Source: Clostridia bacterium (GTDB lineage Bacteria > Bacillota > Clostridia > Oscillospirales > CAG-272). From it: a stretch of 37,146 bases of DNA. The notes under the pieces were generated by a model. The model did no database searches. It saw only the letters and a program-made list of their open reading frames with translations, and was not told the DNA's origin. The first letter of the stretch is position 1. Every line of letters starts with the position of its first letter. Location of the stretch: contig JAFYMH010000044.1 in NCBI GenBank assembly GCA_017556685.1, positions 1 through 37,146 of the forward strand, read 5' to 3'. Positions 20,306-29,134 of the stretch are shown in pieces. A program made the position numbers and the translations under genes.

Positions 20306-21274
20306 ATGGCATATAAGGTAGAAAATTACAGACTCGTGCGCGAGCGCTTTGAGGAAAAGCGCCGTCGTGCCGTAAGCGAGGCGGAGCTTCGCCGCGAGGA
20401 GCTTCACAGGCTCTGCCCCGAGATCGGCGTGATCGACGCGGCGCTTGCCAAGACCGGCATGAGGATCTTCACGGCGGCCTGCGGTGATGAGGATGGCTCA
20501 AAGGAGAGGATCGCGCGCATCCGCGCCGAAAACGAGCAGCTGCTCGCCGAGCGGCAGGCGTTGCTCGCGGCGCTCGGCTATCCGACCGATTATACCGACG
20601 CGCGCTACGAGTGCCCGAGATGCAAGGATAGCGGATTCGTCGATTGCCGTATGTGCGAATGTATGCACAAGGAGCTCGTCCTTGAGGGCTTCCGCTCCTC
20701 GGGGATCGGACGGCTGATCGACCGTCAGAGCTTTGACAACTTCTCCCTCGACTATTACCGTACGAGCGACGAGGACTATGCGCGGATGAAGGTCAATCTT
20801 GAGGCGGCAATTGAGTTTTCCGAAACCGCCCCCCCTGCATATGCCAATCTTTTGCTCTGCGGCTCGACCGGTCTTGGAAAGACCCATCTCTCGAGTGCGA
20901 TCGCGCGCCGCGTGATCGAGCGGGGCTATGACGTCAGGTATGAGAGCGTGCAGAACGTGCTCTCCGATTTTGAGCACGACCGCTTCCGCTCGGGCTACGG
21001 TGCCGAGCATGACGCGCGCGGTCAGGTCTATCTTGACACAGAGCTTCTGATTCTTGACGATCTCGGGACCGAGATGACCAACAGCTTTACGGTTTCGGTG
21101 CTGTATCAGATTTTCAACACTCGCATCAACCGGGGTCTTCCGACGGTCATCAGCACCAACCTCACCCAGAGCGAGCTTCGCGAGCGCTATGGCGACCGCG
21201 TTGCCAGCCGCATCTTCGGGGAGTACCGTCCGCTTCTGTTTTGCGGCAGAGACGTTCGCTTTCAGAAGATCTGA
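20306..21274 (+). CDS. DnaC/DnaI-like helicase-loader ATPase
   Basis: Zn motif CPRCKDSG...C.C, Walker A GSTGLGKTHL, LLILDDLGTE, ISTNL, R..SRI. Confidence 0.85.
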   Translation: MAYKVENYRLVRERFEEKRRRAVSEAELRREELHRLCPEIGVIDAALAKTGMRIFTAACGDEDGSKERIARIRAENEQLLAERQALLAALGYPTDYTDARYECPRCKDSGFVDCRMCECMHKELVLEGFRSSGIGRLIDRQSFDNFSLDYYRTSDEDYARMKVNLEAAIEFSETAPPAYANLLLCGSTGLGKTHLSSAIARRVIERGYDVRYESVQNVLSDFEHDRFRSGYGAEHDARGQVYLDTELLILDDLGTEMTNSFTVSVLYQIFNTRINRGLPTVISTNLTQSELRERYGDRVASRIFGEYRPLLFCGRDVRFQKI

Positions 21275-21297
21275 GAAGCTTTAGATAGAGTACTTTC

Positions 21298-21344
21298 AAA
21301 AGCCCGCTTCTAACGCAAGGGCGTTAGAAGCGGGCTTTTCTTTT
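21298..21344. terminator. Bidirectional intrinsic terminator
   Basis: aaaagcccgcttctaacgc-aagg-gcgttagaagcgggctttt. Confidence 0.9.
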
Positions 21345-21357
21345 GCCTTTTTTGCTC

Positions 21358-21921
21358 TTATGCGAGAAAGAGCGGGCGCAGCTGCTTCCCTGCCATGGCG
21401 GCGGTCAGGCATTCGGGGATCAGCGAAAAATCGGCAACGAGCGAATAGGGCTTGGTGATGGGATCGTCCTGGCGCATCGGCACAAAGAAGGTCATTTTCC
21501 TCGTTAGCATCCGCGCGATATTCGAAAGGTTTGCCGACATCGAATCGTTTGAGGCAAGCGAAATCAACAGAGGTCGGTCAGAGCGAAGATGCGCCTTTGC
21601 CGCCATCGTGACGGTCGAGTCGGTGATGCCGCTCGCGATCTTGGCAAGGGTGTTGCCGGTGCAGGGGGAGATGATAAGCGCCTCAAGGGGCGTTTTGGGG
21701 CCGAGCGGCTCGGCGTCAACGATCCTTGTAACCGCCTTTTTTTGGCAGAGCGCCTCAACCTCATCCCGAAAGGCATCCGCCGCGTAAAAGCGCGTGTCGG
21801 TCGAGTAGACCGCCTCGCTCAGGATCGGCTGTACCGAGTAGCCGAGGGAGATCAGCTCACGAAGCTCGGAAATCGAGCGCGAGAGGGTACAAAAGGAGCC
21901 GCAAAAAGCATATCCGATCAT
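21358..21921 (-). CDS. dpaB: Dipicolinate synthase subunit B (SpoVFB)
   Basis: IGYAFCGSFCT, AEPLGPK, PCTGNTLAK...GITDSTVTMAAKAHLR, QDDPITKPYSLVA. Confidence 0.93.
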   Translation of the reverse strand: MIGYAFCGSFCTLSRSISELRELISLGYSVQPILSEAVYSTDTRFYAADAFRDEVEALCQKKAVTRIVDAEPLGPKTPLEALIISPCTGNTLAKIASGITDSTVTMAAKAHLRSDRPLLISLASNDSMSANLSNIARMLTRKMTFFVPMRQDDPITKPYSLVADFSLIPECLTAAMAGKQLRPLFLA

Positions 21922-21941
21922 GGTGTGTGCTTCCTTCATTT

Positions 21942-22787
21942 TTAGACGGCAGAGAGCTCCGTTTGGGTCGCTTCGGCAACGATCCTGCCTGCGCTTTTCG
22001 GAAAGCATTTTCCGGGAAGGCCCTGTGCAGAGAGGACGCGAAGCGAGCTGCCCTTTGGCAGAGGCGGAAGATTGTCGCTTCCCGAGGCAAGCTCAAGGAG
22101 CAGGGTATCCGCCTCAAGGTGAGAAAGGTGCGCTGTCGTCAGAAGCCTTGCAGGGGCGGTGTTCACAACGGCACGCACGGCTCCGAGCGCCCTCTCTGAC
22201 GAGAGCTGTGAGACCGTTTTCGTCTCGACTCCGATCAGGGATGCCATCGCAAGGTCGCTTCCGCTTCTTGCAAAGACGGTCACCTCTGCGCCAAGGGACC
22301 GAAGCATGCGCACAAGAAACTTTCCGATGCGACCGAAGCCAAGGACGGCGATGCCCGTTCTGTGAAGGCAGACGGGGAGCTCGCGAAGAAGGATCCCGAG
22401 CGCGGCTTGCGCCGTCAGGTAGGCGTTTTGCAGAACGAAGGACTCGCTGTTGAGATAATCAAAGGTTCTGATCCCAAGCTCCCTTGCCGAGGCGACGAGA
22501 GAGGCGCTGAGGTTTCCTCCGAGGATAAGCGATCCCGACCGAAGCCACGGCAAAAGCGCGCTCGGGGAGAGCCCCTCGGTTCCTCGGATCGCGCCGCCTC
22601 GATCGGCGGCGGGAATCGGAAGAAGGATCGCGTCGGCACTGTGTGCCGCCTCCTCGGCATCCTCCCCGATCTCTACCCCGAGGGGTGGCGCGGCCGAGGA
22701 GATCGCCTTTACCGTATGCCCCGCCAAAGCAAGAAGCTCTGCGGCGTAGACCTGCCTAAGATCGCCCCCAATGACAGTCAGATTCAT
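21942..22787 (-). CDS. dpaA: Dipicolinate synthase subunit A (SpoVFA)
   Basis: IGGDLRQ, NA.LTA, VLGFGRIG, NT.P, ELAS, GLPGK..PKSAG; adjacent to dpaB. Confidence 0.85.
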   Translation of the reverse strand: MNLTVIGGDLRQVYAAELLALAGHTVKAISSAAPPLGVEIGEDAEEAAHSADAILLPIPAADRGGAIRGTEGLSPSALLPWLRSGSLILGGNLSASLVASARELGIRTFDYLNSESFVLQNAYLTAQAALGILLRELPVCLHRTGIAVLGFGRIGKFLVRMLRSLGAEVTVFARSGSDLAMASLIGVETKTVSQLSSERALGAVRAVVNTAPARLLTTAHLSHLEADTLLLELASGSDNLPPLPKGSSLRVLSAQGLPGKCFPKSAGRIVAEATQTELSAV

Positions 22788-22828
22788 GCCTTGCCTCCTT
22801 CGCGGGTCTTTTTTCTCTCTGCCTATAG

Positions 22829-22858
22829 CATCCTATGCAACGGCTCGCCCGACGGTGA
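22829..22858 (-). promoter_or_regulatory. sigma-K promoter of dpaAB
   Basis: TCACC - 16 nt - CATAGGATG fits the sigma-K consensus; spoVF is sigma-K controlled in B. subtilis. Confidence 0.65.
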
Positions 22859-22901
22859 AAAAAGCCGCCCCCGTGCGATTTCTCGCACGAAGGGCGGCTT
22901 T
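22858..22901 (-). terminator. Intrinsic terminator after the oxidoreductase
   Basis: aaagccgccc..cgtgcga-tttc-tcgcacg..gggcggcttt with T6 on the minus strand. Confidence 0.8.
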
Positions 22902-22919
22902 GCGGTTTGCTTTTTAGAA

Positions 22920-24119
22920 TCAGATCTCGGGAAGGTCGATCTCGATCTCGCGGCCAAGCTCCGAGGACTTGGAGATGCCGTCGAGGATCGCCTGGTTGTA
23001 AAGGATCTGGCTCGAGGGAACGGGAGAGGGCGTACCGTTCTTGCAAGCGTCAAGGAAGGAACGCATCTTCTTATCCCAGAGCGTGGGAGAGCCGGGCTTT
23101 GCTTCGATCAGCGGGACCTCGGTGCAGACCTGGTTTCCGGCAACCTCGGAATAGATCTTCAGAGGCTTATCGAACGAGCCGTTCCAGCAGTCGGTCGAGG
23201 GGATACGCAGGCTTCCCTTGGTACCCATGATGATCGAGTCACCGGGAGTGTCGAGGTTCATCGCCCATGCGATACGGAAGTCGAGGATGATGCCGCCCTC
23301 AAGACGAACGAAGGCTGCGGCAAAATCGTCAACACCGAACTTCTCGGCATACTCGGGGTGTCCGAGCCTTACGTAATTGCAGTAGTTGGGATCCTTTCCG
23401 AAGAAGTCGGACTTATAGCCCGAAACGGTCAGGGGCTTCGGATAGCCGATTGCGTTCAGGACGCAGTCGAGCGAATAGCATCCGATATCGCCGAGAGCAC
23501 CGAGACCGCCGGTCTCCTTCTCGATGAAGGTGGTTCCGAAGGGAGTCGGAATTCCGCGGCGGCGGCCGCCACCGGTCTGGATGTAGTAGATCTTACCGAG
23601 AACGCCCGACTGGACGATCTTCTTGATCATCTGCATGTTCTCGTCAAAGCGAGGCTGGAAGCCGATCGAAAGAACCTTACCGCTCTTCTTCTCGGCGCGC
23701 ATGATCTCGATCGCCTCCTCGGTGGTCACGCACATCGGCTTCTCAAGCAGAACGTGAAGACCTGCGTTCAGAGCGTCGATCGCGCAGGGAGCGTGCTGGC
23801 AGTTGTAGGTGCAGATGCAGACGGCGTCGAGGTTCAGGCTCTTGTCCGCGAGCATCTCCTTGTGAGAGGCGTAGTCGGTCTTGACGTCGGTCAGATCGGT
23901 TTCCTTCTCAAAGAATGCCTTTGCCTTTCCGGGGATGAGGTCGCATCCTGCAACGATCTCAACGTCGGGCTGCTTAAGCATGCTGTAGACGTGAGACTCT
24001 GCGATCCATCCGGTACCGATGATACCGATGCGGATCTTCTTGGACGCGTCAACCGCAGTCTCTGCCTTGGTTGCGGTTGCGAACACGTTCATATTTTCCT
24101 CAGCGTTCACTTTTGCCAT
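22920..24119 (-). CDS. Gfo/Idh/MocA family NAD(P)-dependent oxidoreductase
   Basis: IGIIGTGWIA, HVLLEKPM, GGLGALGDIGCY; SD ggagg. Confidence 0.9.
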   Translation of the reverse strand: MAKVNAEENMNVFATATKAETAVDASKKIRIGIIGTGWIAESHVYSMLKQPDVEIVAGCDLIPGKAKAFFEKETDLTDVKTDYASHKEMLADKSLNLDAVCICTYNCQHAPCAIDALNAGLHVLLEKPMCVTTEEAIEIMRAEKKSGKVLSIGFQPRFDENMQMIKKIVQSGVLGKIYYIQTGGGRRRGIPTPFGTTFIEKETGGLGALGDIGCYSLDCVLNAIGYPKPLTVSGYKSDFFGKDPNYCNYVRLGHPEYAEKFGVDDFAAAFVRLEGGIILDFRIAWAMNLDTPGDSIIMGTKGSLRIPSTDCWNGSFDKPLKIYSEVAGNQVCTEVPLIEAKPGSPTLWDKKMRSFLDACKNGTPSPVPSSQILYNQAILDGISKSSELGREIEIDLPEI

Positions 24120-24178
24120 GGTGTATGTCCTCCGTGTAATAATTTTTCTTATTAGGGTAAAATTCCCTATCCAAGGTC

Positions 24179-24207
24179 ATTGTAACAGATTTTTCGGCGG
24201 AAGTAAA
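24179..24207 (-). promoter_or_regulatory. sigma-A promoter of the oxidoreductase
   Basis: TTTACT - 17 nt - TGn TACAAT. Confidence 0.55.
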
Positions 24208-24244
24208 TAGCTTTTCGCAAAAAAGTGGATTGGATTTTCAAAAA

Positions 24245-26260
24245 TTAAGCCTCCCCCACGGCGCCTTCCTCCCGAACGCGGTCGCCCTCGGCGAGATAGC
24301 GCTTTGCCTGGGTTGAGAAAAGCTCAAAGTAGCGTCCGCGGAGCTCCATCAGCTCGTTGTGCGTTCCCTGCTCGATGACCTCTCCCCCTGCCAAAACGAC
24401 GATCTTGGAGGCAACGGTTGCGCTTGAGAGCCTGTGCGAAACGAAGATGGTGGTCTTCCCCTGACGCAGGCGATCGAATTGACTAAAGATCTCCTGCTCG
24501 GCGATCGGGTCGAGCGACGCCGTCGGCTCGTCAAGGATCAGAACGTCCGAGGTGCTGTAAAAGGCGCGGGCGATGGCAAGCTTCTGCCACTGACCGCCCG
24601 AGAGCTCGGTCCCCTCCTTGTCGAAGATGCGCATCAGAAGGGTTTCGTATTTGCTTGGAAGGCTCTCGATATAGCCGTCGACGCCTGCCTCGCTTGCCGC
24701 ACGCCTGATCTCCTCCGAGGACTTTTCGCGGTGAATATCTCCAAAGCGGACGTTGTCCTCAACCGAAACGGCGTATCTGCCGAAGTCCTGGAAGATGATG
24801 CCGAACATCCGATAGAGATCCTTTGGGTCATAGTCGCAGAGGTCATGTCCGTCGAGAAGGATCTGACCCTCGGTCGGATCGTAAAGGCGGGTCAGAAGCT
24901 TGATGAGCGTCGTTTTTCCGGCACCGTTGAGTCCGACGAGAACGACCGTCTCTCCCGGGGCAAAGCGCAGGTTCACGTTTCGGATCACGTCGCGGTCGGC
25001 GCCGGGATAGCGGAAGCTGACGTTGACAAATTCGAGCGTGTGTCCCTCTCCGTGTGCCACGGGGACGGGGGTTTTTTGACGGCAGGAGACGCTTGGCTTC
25101 TCTTTCAAGAAAACGATGAGGTTGTCGATGAACAGCGTTCCCTCATAGATGCTTGCCGACGAGGAGATCAGAGTACCGACGTCGTTTGCGATCGAGTTCA
25201 GAGAGCCGGTATAGAGCGAATAGTCACCGATCATGAATCTTCCGGTAAAGACGCCGAGCGCAACGTATCCGTAGCAAAGGCAGTTGACGGCAGCCGAGAG
25301 GATCGCGAAAAAGACGTGCCAAAACCCTTCTGCAACGATCAGGCGGCGAAGACCCTTGAAATAGCGGCGGAAGACCGATTCGTAGGAATCGACGAAATGC
25401 CCCGAGAGGTCGAACATACGGATCTCCTTGACGACGTCCTTATTGACGAGGACGTCCGAGTAGTAGTTCATCTCTCTGCGGTCGCGCGAGCGGAAGCGCA
25501 TATAGGCGAAGTGCTTACGGCGGTAGATGAAGTTGACGAGCGCCGACGGGAAGGTGACGGCAAGGATGGCAAGCGCGGCGAGCGGCATATCGGTCGAGAG
25601 GATCGCGACGTACCCCGCAAAGCTGATGACCGTACTGATGATCGAGAAGCTTGACGAGAGGATCTGGATCGGTCGGGTCCCCGCCTCGCGGTTGGCATTC
25701 TCAAGCTTTTCGTAAAACTCGGGCATATCAAAGGAGGCGATATCAACGGTTGCCGCCTTTTCCATGATGATCGTTTTCACGCGGCGGACGACCAGCTCCC
25801 CCGCGATGCGCGTAACGGCGTGGTTGATGCGGCTGATGATCTGGTTCAGGATCCGATAGGTGAAAAGGAAGATGAGCAAAAACATCGCGGTCGATCCGAT
25901 AAAGCTCTCTGCCAGCGCCGCGATATCGGCGGCGATTCCGCTTGCGCTGTCGGCGGCCTGCTTTGCGATGACCTTCTGAAGCTCGTTTAAGATCCTTTGG
26001 GAGAGAAGCGAGCCGACGATCGGCATCACGCCCTGGAAGAGCGAGATGAAGCTCATGATGAAAAGGATCCACGGCCCGGTTTGCCAGACAAGACGGATGA
26101 TGTACGAGAGGCGGAAGAAAAATCCTCCGATCAGCTCGCCGAGAAAGCGCGGAATATCCGAGATCCCGCTCGGCGGCGGTACCATATGAACGCGAGGGGC
26201 GTCGCGGCGATCCCCCCCGTTTTTTCCCCCGGGGTGGCGGGGTTCTGTCGTTGGCGTCAT
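24245..26260 (-). CDS. ABC exporter, fused permease + ATP-binding half-transporter
   Basis: Multiple TM helices, GLNGAGKTT, LSGGQWQKLAIAR, ILDEPTASLD, SHRLS; ATG 26260 after SD gaggagg. Confidence 0.9.
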   Translation of the reverse strand: MTPTTEPRHPGGKNGGDRRDAPRVHMVPPPSGISDIPRFLGELIGGFFFRLSYIIRLVWQTGPWILFIMSFISLFQGVMPIVGSLLSQRILNELQKVIAKQAADSASGIAADIAALAESFIGSTAMFLLIFLFTYRILNQIISRINHAVTRIAGELVVRRVKTIIMEKAATVDIASFDMPEFYEKLENANREAGTRPIQILSSSFSIISTVISFAGYVAILSTDMPLAALAILAVTFPSALVNFIYRRKHFAYMRFRSRDRREMNYYSDVLVNKDVVKEIRMFDLSGHFVDSYESVFRRYFKGLRRLIVAEGFWHVFFAILSAAVNCLCYGYVALGVFTGRFMIGDYSLYTGSLNSIANDVGTLISSSASIYEGTLFIDNLIVFLKEKPSVSCRQKTPVPVAHGEGHTLEFVNVSFRYPGADRDVIRNVNLRFAPGETVVLVGLNGAGKTTLIKLLTRLYDPTEGQILLDGHDLCDYDPKDLYRMFGIIFQDFGRYAVSVEDNVRFGDIHREKSSEEIRRAASEAGVDGYIESLPSKYETLLMRIFDKEGTELSGGQWQKLAIARAFYSTSDVLILDEPTASLDPIAEQEIFSQFDRLRQGKTTIFVSHRLSSATVASKIVVLAGGEVIEQGTHNELMELRGRYFELFSTQAKRYLAEGDRVREEGAVGEA

Positions 26261-26339
26261 GCGGAAGTTCCTCCTCTTTGTCGGAAAGGGGGGGCTTGAC
26301 GGGGCCTCCTCCGATGATAGAAAGCGGGATAAAGAGCGA

Positions 26340-27131
26340 TCAGAGCTCGTCCTCCGAGAAGCTGATGCGTCGGATCGCAAGGGCTTTTCCGCTCGTTTCG
26401 TCAAGGTCGACGATGGCGGCGTTCGCAACGATCGGACCCGTTGCCTCGGCGTAGGGGATGCGAATATGCGTGCGGCTTCGCTTGATCATCACGTGCGGCG
26501 CAACGCCGAGAATCCCCCCCGACGGGCCGCACATGCCAACGTCCGAAAGATAGGCGGTTCCGCATGGCAGGATCTGCTCGTCTGCCGTCTGAACGTGCGT
26601 ATGCGTTCCGATGACCGCAGAGATGCGGCCGTCGAGCGCATGGGCAACCGTTAGCTTTTCGCCGGTTGCTTCGGCGTGCAGATCGACGAGCGAGAGATCG
26701 TATCTCCCCTCCTCGCGCGCGAGCACGCGTTCTATCAAAGGAAGGGGGTCGGCAAGCCCCGGCTCCATATAGACGGTGCCGAGCGCCGAGATGACGAGAA
26801 TGCGCGCCGAGCCGATCGGCAGGATGCTGTAGCCGCAGCCGGGTGCCTCGTCGGGATAATTGAGAGGGCGAAGGACCGCGCCGCCCTCCTCGAGCTTGCG
26901 GTAGATCGATCGGGTCTGCAGGGTGTGGTTTCCGCCCGTGATGCAGTCGGCGCCGCCCGAGAGAAGCGCCTCCGCCGCCTCGTCCGAGATGCCGCCGAGG
27001 AAGGAGGCGTTCTCGCCGTTGACGATAACGAAATCGACCTCAAGGCGGCGTCTGACCGACCAAAGGCTTTTTGCGAGAAAGTCGGCGGCACGCGGAGCGA
27101 TGACGTCACCGATAAAAAGGACTCTTAGCAT
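26340..27131 (-). CDS. ymdB: YmdB-family metallophosphoesterase
   Basis: LFIGDV, NGEN, TGGNH, DLHAEATGEK, GTHTHVQTADE, DVGMCG; follows rny as in B. subtilis. Confidence 0.9.
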   Translation of the reverse strand: MLRVLFIGDVIAPRAADFLAKSLWSVRRRLEVDFVIVNGENASFLGGISDEAAEALLSGGADCITGGNHTLQTRSIYRKLEEGGAVLRPLNYPDEAPGCGYSILPIGSARILVISALGTVYMEPGLADPLPLIERVLAREEGRYDLSLVDLHAEATGEKLTVAHALDGRISAVIGTHTHVQTADEQILPCGTAYLSDVGMCGPSGGILGVAPHVMIKRSRTHIRIPYAEATGPIVANAAIVDLDETSGKALAIRRISFSEDEL

Positions 27132-27229
27132 GGGGATTCCTTTCCGAGCTTTTGAAAAAGCGGAATCAAACATTCGGTTCTACGCCGCTTGTCCGATTCC
27201 GCTTTCCTTGCGTGCTTGAGTTCGGGTGC

Positions 27230-28768
27230 TTATTTTGCGAAGTCGGTATAACGGCTTTCGCGGATGACGTTGACCTTGATCTGCCCGGGATACTCGAGCT
27301 CGCCCTCGATCTTCTTTGCGATATCGTGGGCAAGGATCTTCATCTGATCGTCGCTGATCTCCTCAGGCTTGACGATCACGCGGACCTCGCGACCTGCCTG
27401 GATCGCAAAGGTTTTCTCAACACCCTTGAATTCGCCCGAGATCTCCTCGAGCTTCTGCAGACGCTTGATATAGTTCTCGACGTTCTCGCGGCGCGCGCCG
27501 GGACGGGCGGCGGAGATGGCGTCGGCTGCCTGCACGATGAGTGCGATCACGCTCTTTGCCTCAACGTCGCCGTGATGCGCCTCGATCGCATGGATGATCT
27601 CCTTGCTCTCGCGGTACTTGCGTGCAACGTCAACACCGAGCTGAACGTGCGAGCCCTCGATCTCGGCGGTCAGAGCCTTACCGATATCGTGAAGCAGTCC
27701 CGCGCGCTTTGCGGCGGCGGAATCGACTCCGAGCTCCTCTGCGATCATGCCCGACAGAAGCGAGACCTCAACCGAATGACGAAGAACGTTCTGCCCGTAG
27801 CTCGTACGGTAATGCAGACGTCCGAGCAGCTTGATCAGCTCAATGTGCAGTCCGTGCACTCCACACTCGAAGACCGCCTTATCACCCTCTTGCTTAATCG
27901 AGCTCTCAACGTCGCGCTTTGCCTTCTCAACCATCTCCTCGATTCTTGCGGGATGGATGCGGCCGTCCGAGATGAGCTTTTCAAGCGCAAGACGGGCGGT
28001 CTCGCGGCGCACGGGATCGAATCCCGAGATCGTGATGACCTCAGGGGTATCGTCGATGATCAGCTCAACGCCGGTCAGAGTCTCAATGGTACGGATATTC
28101 CGTCCCTCGCGGCCGATGATGCGGCCCTTCATTTCCTCGTTCGGGAGAGAGACGACCGAGATCGCCACCTCGCTGACGTGGTCTGCGGCACAGCGCTGGA
28201 TCGCAAGGGAAAGGATATCCCTTGCCTTGGCGTCTGCTTCCTCGCGGAACTGCGCCTCATACTCGGCAAGCTTCAGCGCCGTCTCGTGGGAAAGCTCTCC
28301 GTCAAGCTTCGAGAGAAGCTCGCGCTTGGCCTCCTCCGAGGTCATGCCCGAGATCTTTTCAAGACGTCCGAGCTGCTCGTCGAGCGCCTCGCGGATCTTT
28401 GCCTTGATCGCCTCGGCCTCCTCCTGCTTTGTGTAGAGGTCTGCCTCCTTCTTTTCGAGCCCCTCGATCTTTTTGTCAAGGGCCTCCTCCTTCTGAGCGA
28501 TGCGGCGCTCCTGGCGCGACACCTCGCGGCGGCGCTCCTTGATGTCGGCGTCGGCCTCGGTCCTTGCGTTCAGGATCTCTGCCTTTGCCTCAAGCAGCGA
28601 CTCCTTCTTGCGGGCGTCGGCAGCTCGGATCGCCTCCTCAAGGATGCGGTTTGCCTGCAGGGTTGCAGAGCCGATCTTCGATTCGGCAACCTTCTTTCGG
28701 ATCAGGATGCCGAGAAGAATACCGATGGCAACGCCACCAATTGCACATACTACATAAATAGGATCCAC
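27230..28768 (-). CDS. rny: Ribonuclease Y
   Basis: N-terminal TM, coiled coil, [35 protein letters not shown]; GTG 28768 after SD aggaggtg. Confidence 0.96.
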   Translation of the reverse strand: MDPIYVVCAIGGVAIGILLGILIRKKVAESKIGSATLQANRILEEAIRAADARKKESLLEAKAEILNARTEADADIKERRREVSRQERRIAQKEEALDKKIEGLEKKEADLYTKQEEAEAIKAKIREALDEQLGRLEKISGMTSEEAKRELLSKLDGELSHETALKLAEYEAQFREEADAKARDILSLAIQRCAADHVSEVAISVVSLPNEEMKGRIIGREGRNIRTIETLTGVELIIDDTPEVITISGFDPVRRETARLALEKLISDGRIHPARIEEMVEKAKRDVESSIKQEGDKAVFECGVHGLHIELIKLLGRLHYRTSYGQNVLRHSVEVSLLSGMIAEELGVDSAAAKRAGLLHDIGKALTAEIEGSHVQLGVDVARKYRESKEIIHAIEAHHGDVEAKSVIALIVQAADAISAARPGARRENVENYIKRLQKLEEISGEFKGVEKTFAIQAGREVRVIVKPEEISDDQMKILAHDIAKKIEGELEYPGQIKVNVIRESRYTDFAK

Positions 28769-28887
28769 TTTACACCTCCTTTTCCGTATACTCTCATGTA
28801 TACCTTCCGATAAACGGAACACGTTGTTTGATGAAGCTTGCCTGCCCCCGCCACACACCGGCGAGTGCCGAAAAAACTCCGATATAT

Positions 28888-28917
28888 ATTATAATATATT
28901 TTTTCTCTGCTTGTCAA
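28888..28917 (-). promoter_or_regulatory. sigma-A promoter of rny
   Basis: TTGACA - 18 nt - TATAAT. Confidence 0.75.
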
Positions 28918-29043
28918 GGGGAAAGGGGCTCGTTTTTGCTCGCTTTTTCTTGATTTGCGCGCCGACCGGGCAGAGCAGATTCTCAAATTAGCAGTCTCGG
29001 CGCCGAATTAACAAAAAGTTCATAATAAAATAGAAAGAATCTC

Positions 29044-29072
29044 TTGACAATTCATATAAACGGTGGTACATT
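29044..29072 (+). promoter_or_regulatory. sigma-A promoter of the hrcA operon
   Basis: TTGACA - 17 nt - TGn TACATT. Confidence 0.75.
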
Positions 29073-29082
29073 TATATCGGAA

Positions 29083-29109
29083 TTAGCACTCGCACCACAT
29101 GAGTGCTAA
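29083..29109 (+). promoter_or_regulatory. CIRCE operator (HrcA site)
   Basis: Perfect TTAGCACTC-N9-GAGTGCTAA. Confidence 0.97.
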
Positions 29110-29134
29110 ACCGAACGGAAGGGAGGCGAGAGAA

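Noticed and set aside
20306-21274. IstB-like ATPase suggesting IS21 or a prophage
   Set aside because: No transposase, terminal repeats or phage genes; the DnaD + Zn-ATPase pair is the housekeeping clostridial loader module
22362-24155. 597-aa plus-strand ORF
   Set aside because: Antisense shadow of the oxidoreductase and dpaA; no motifs; explained by codon bias
26296-26323. Antisense promoter into ymdB (TTGACG-N16-TAGAAA)
   Set aside because: Short spacer and missing final T of the -10; too weak to support
27152-28813. 553-aa plus-strand ORF
   Set aside because: Antisense shadow of rny
29099-29134. In-frame upstream ATG of hrcA inside the CIRCE
   Set aside because: No SD; the ATG at 29135 has GGAGG and gives the normal N-terminus
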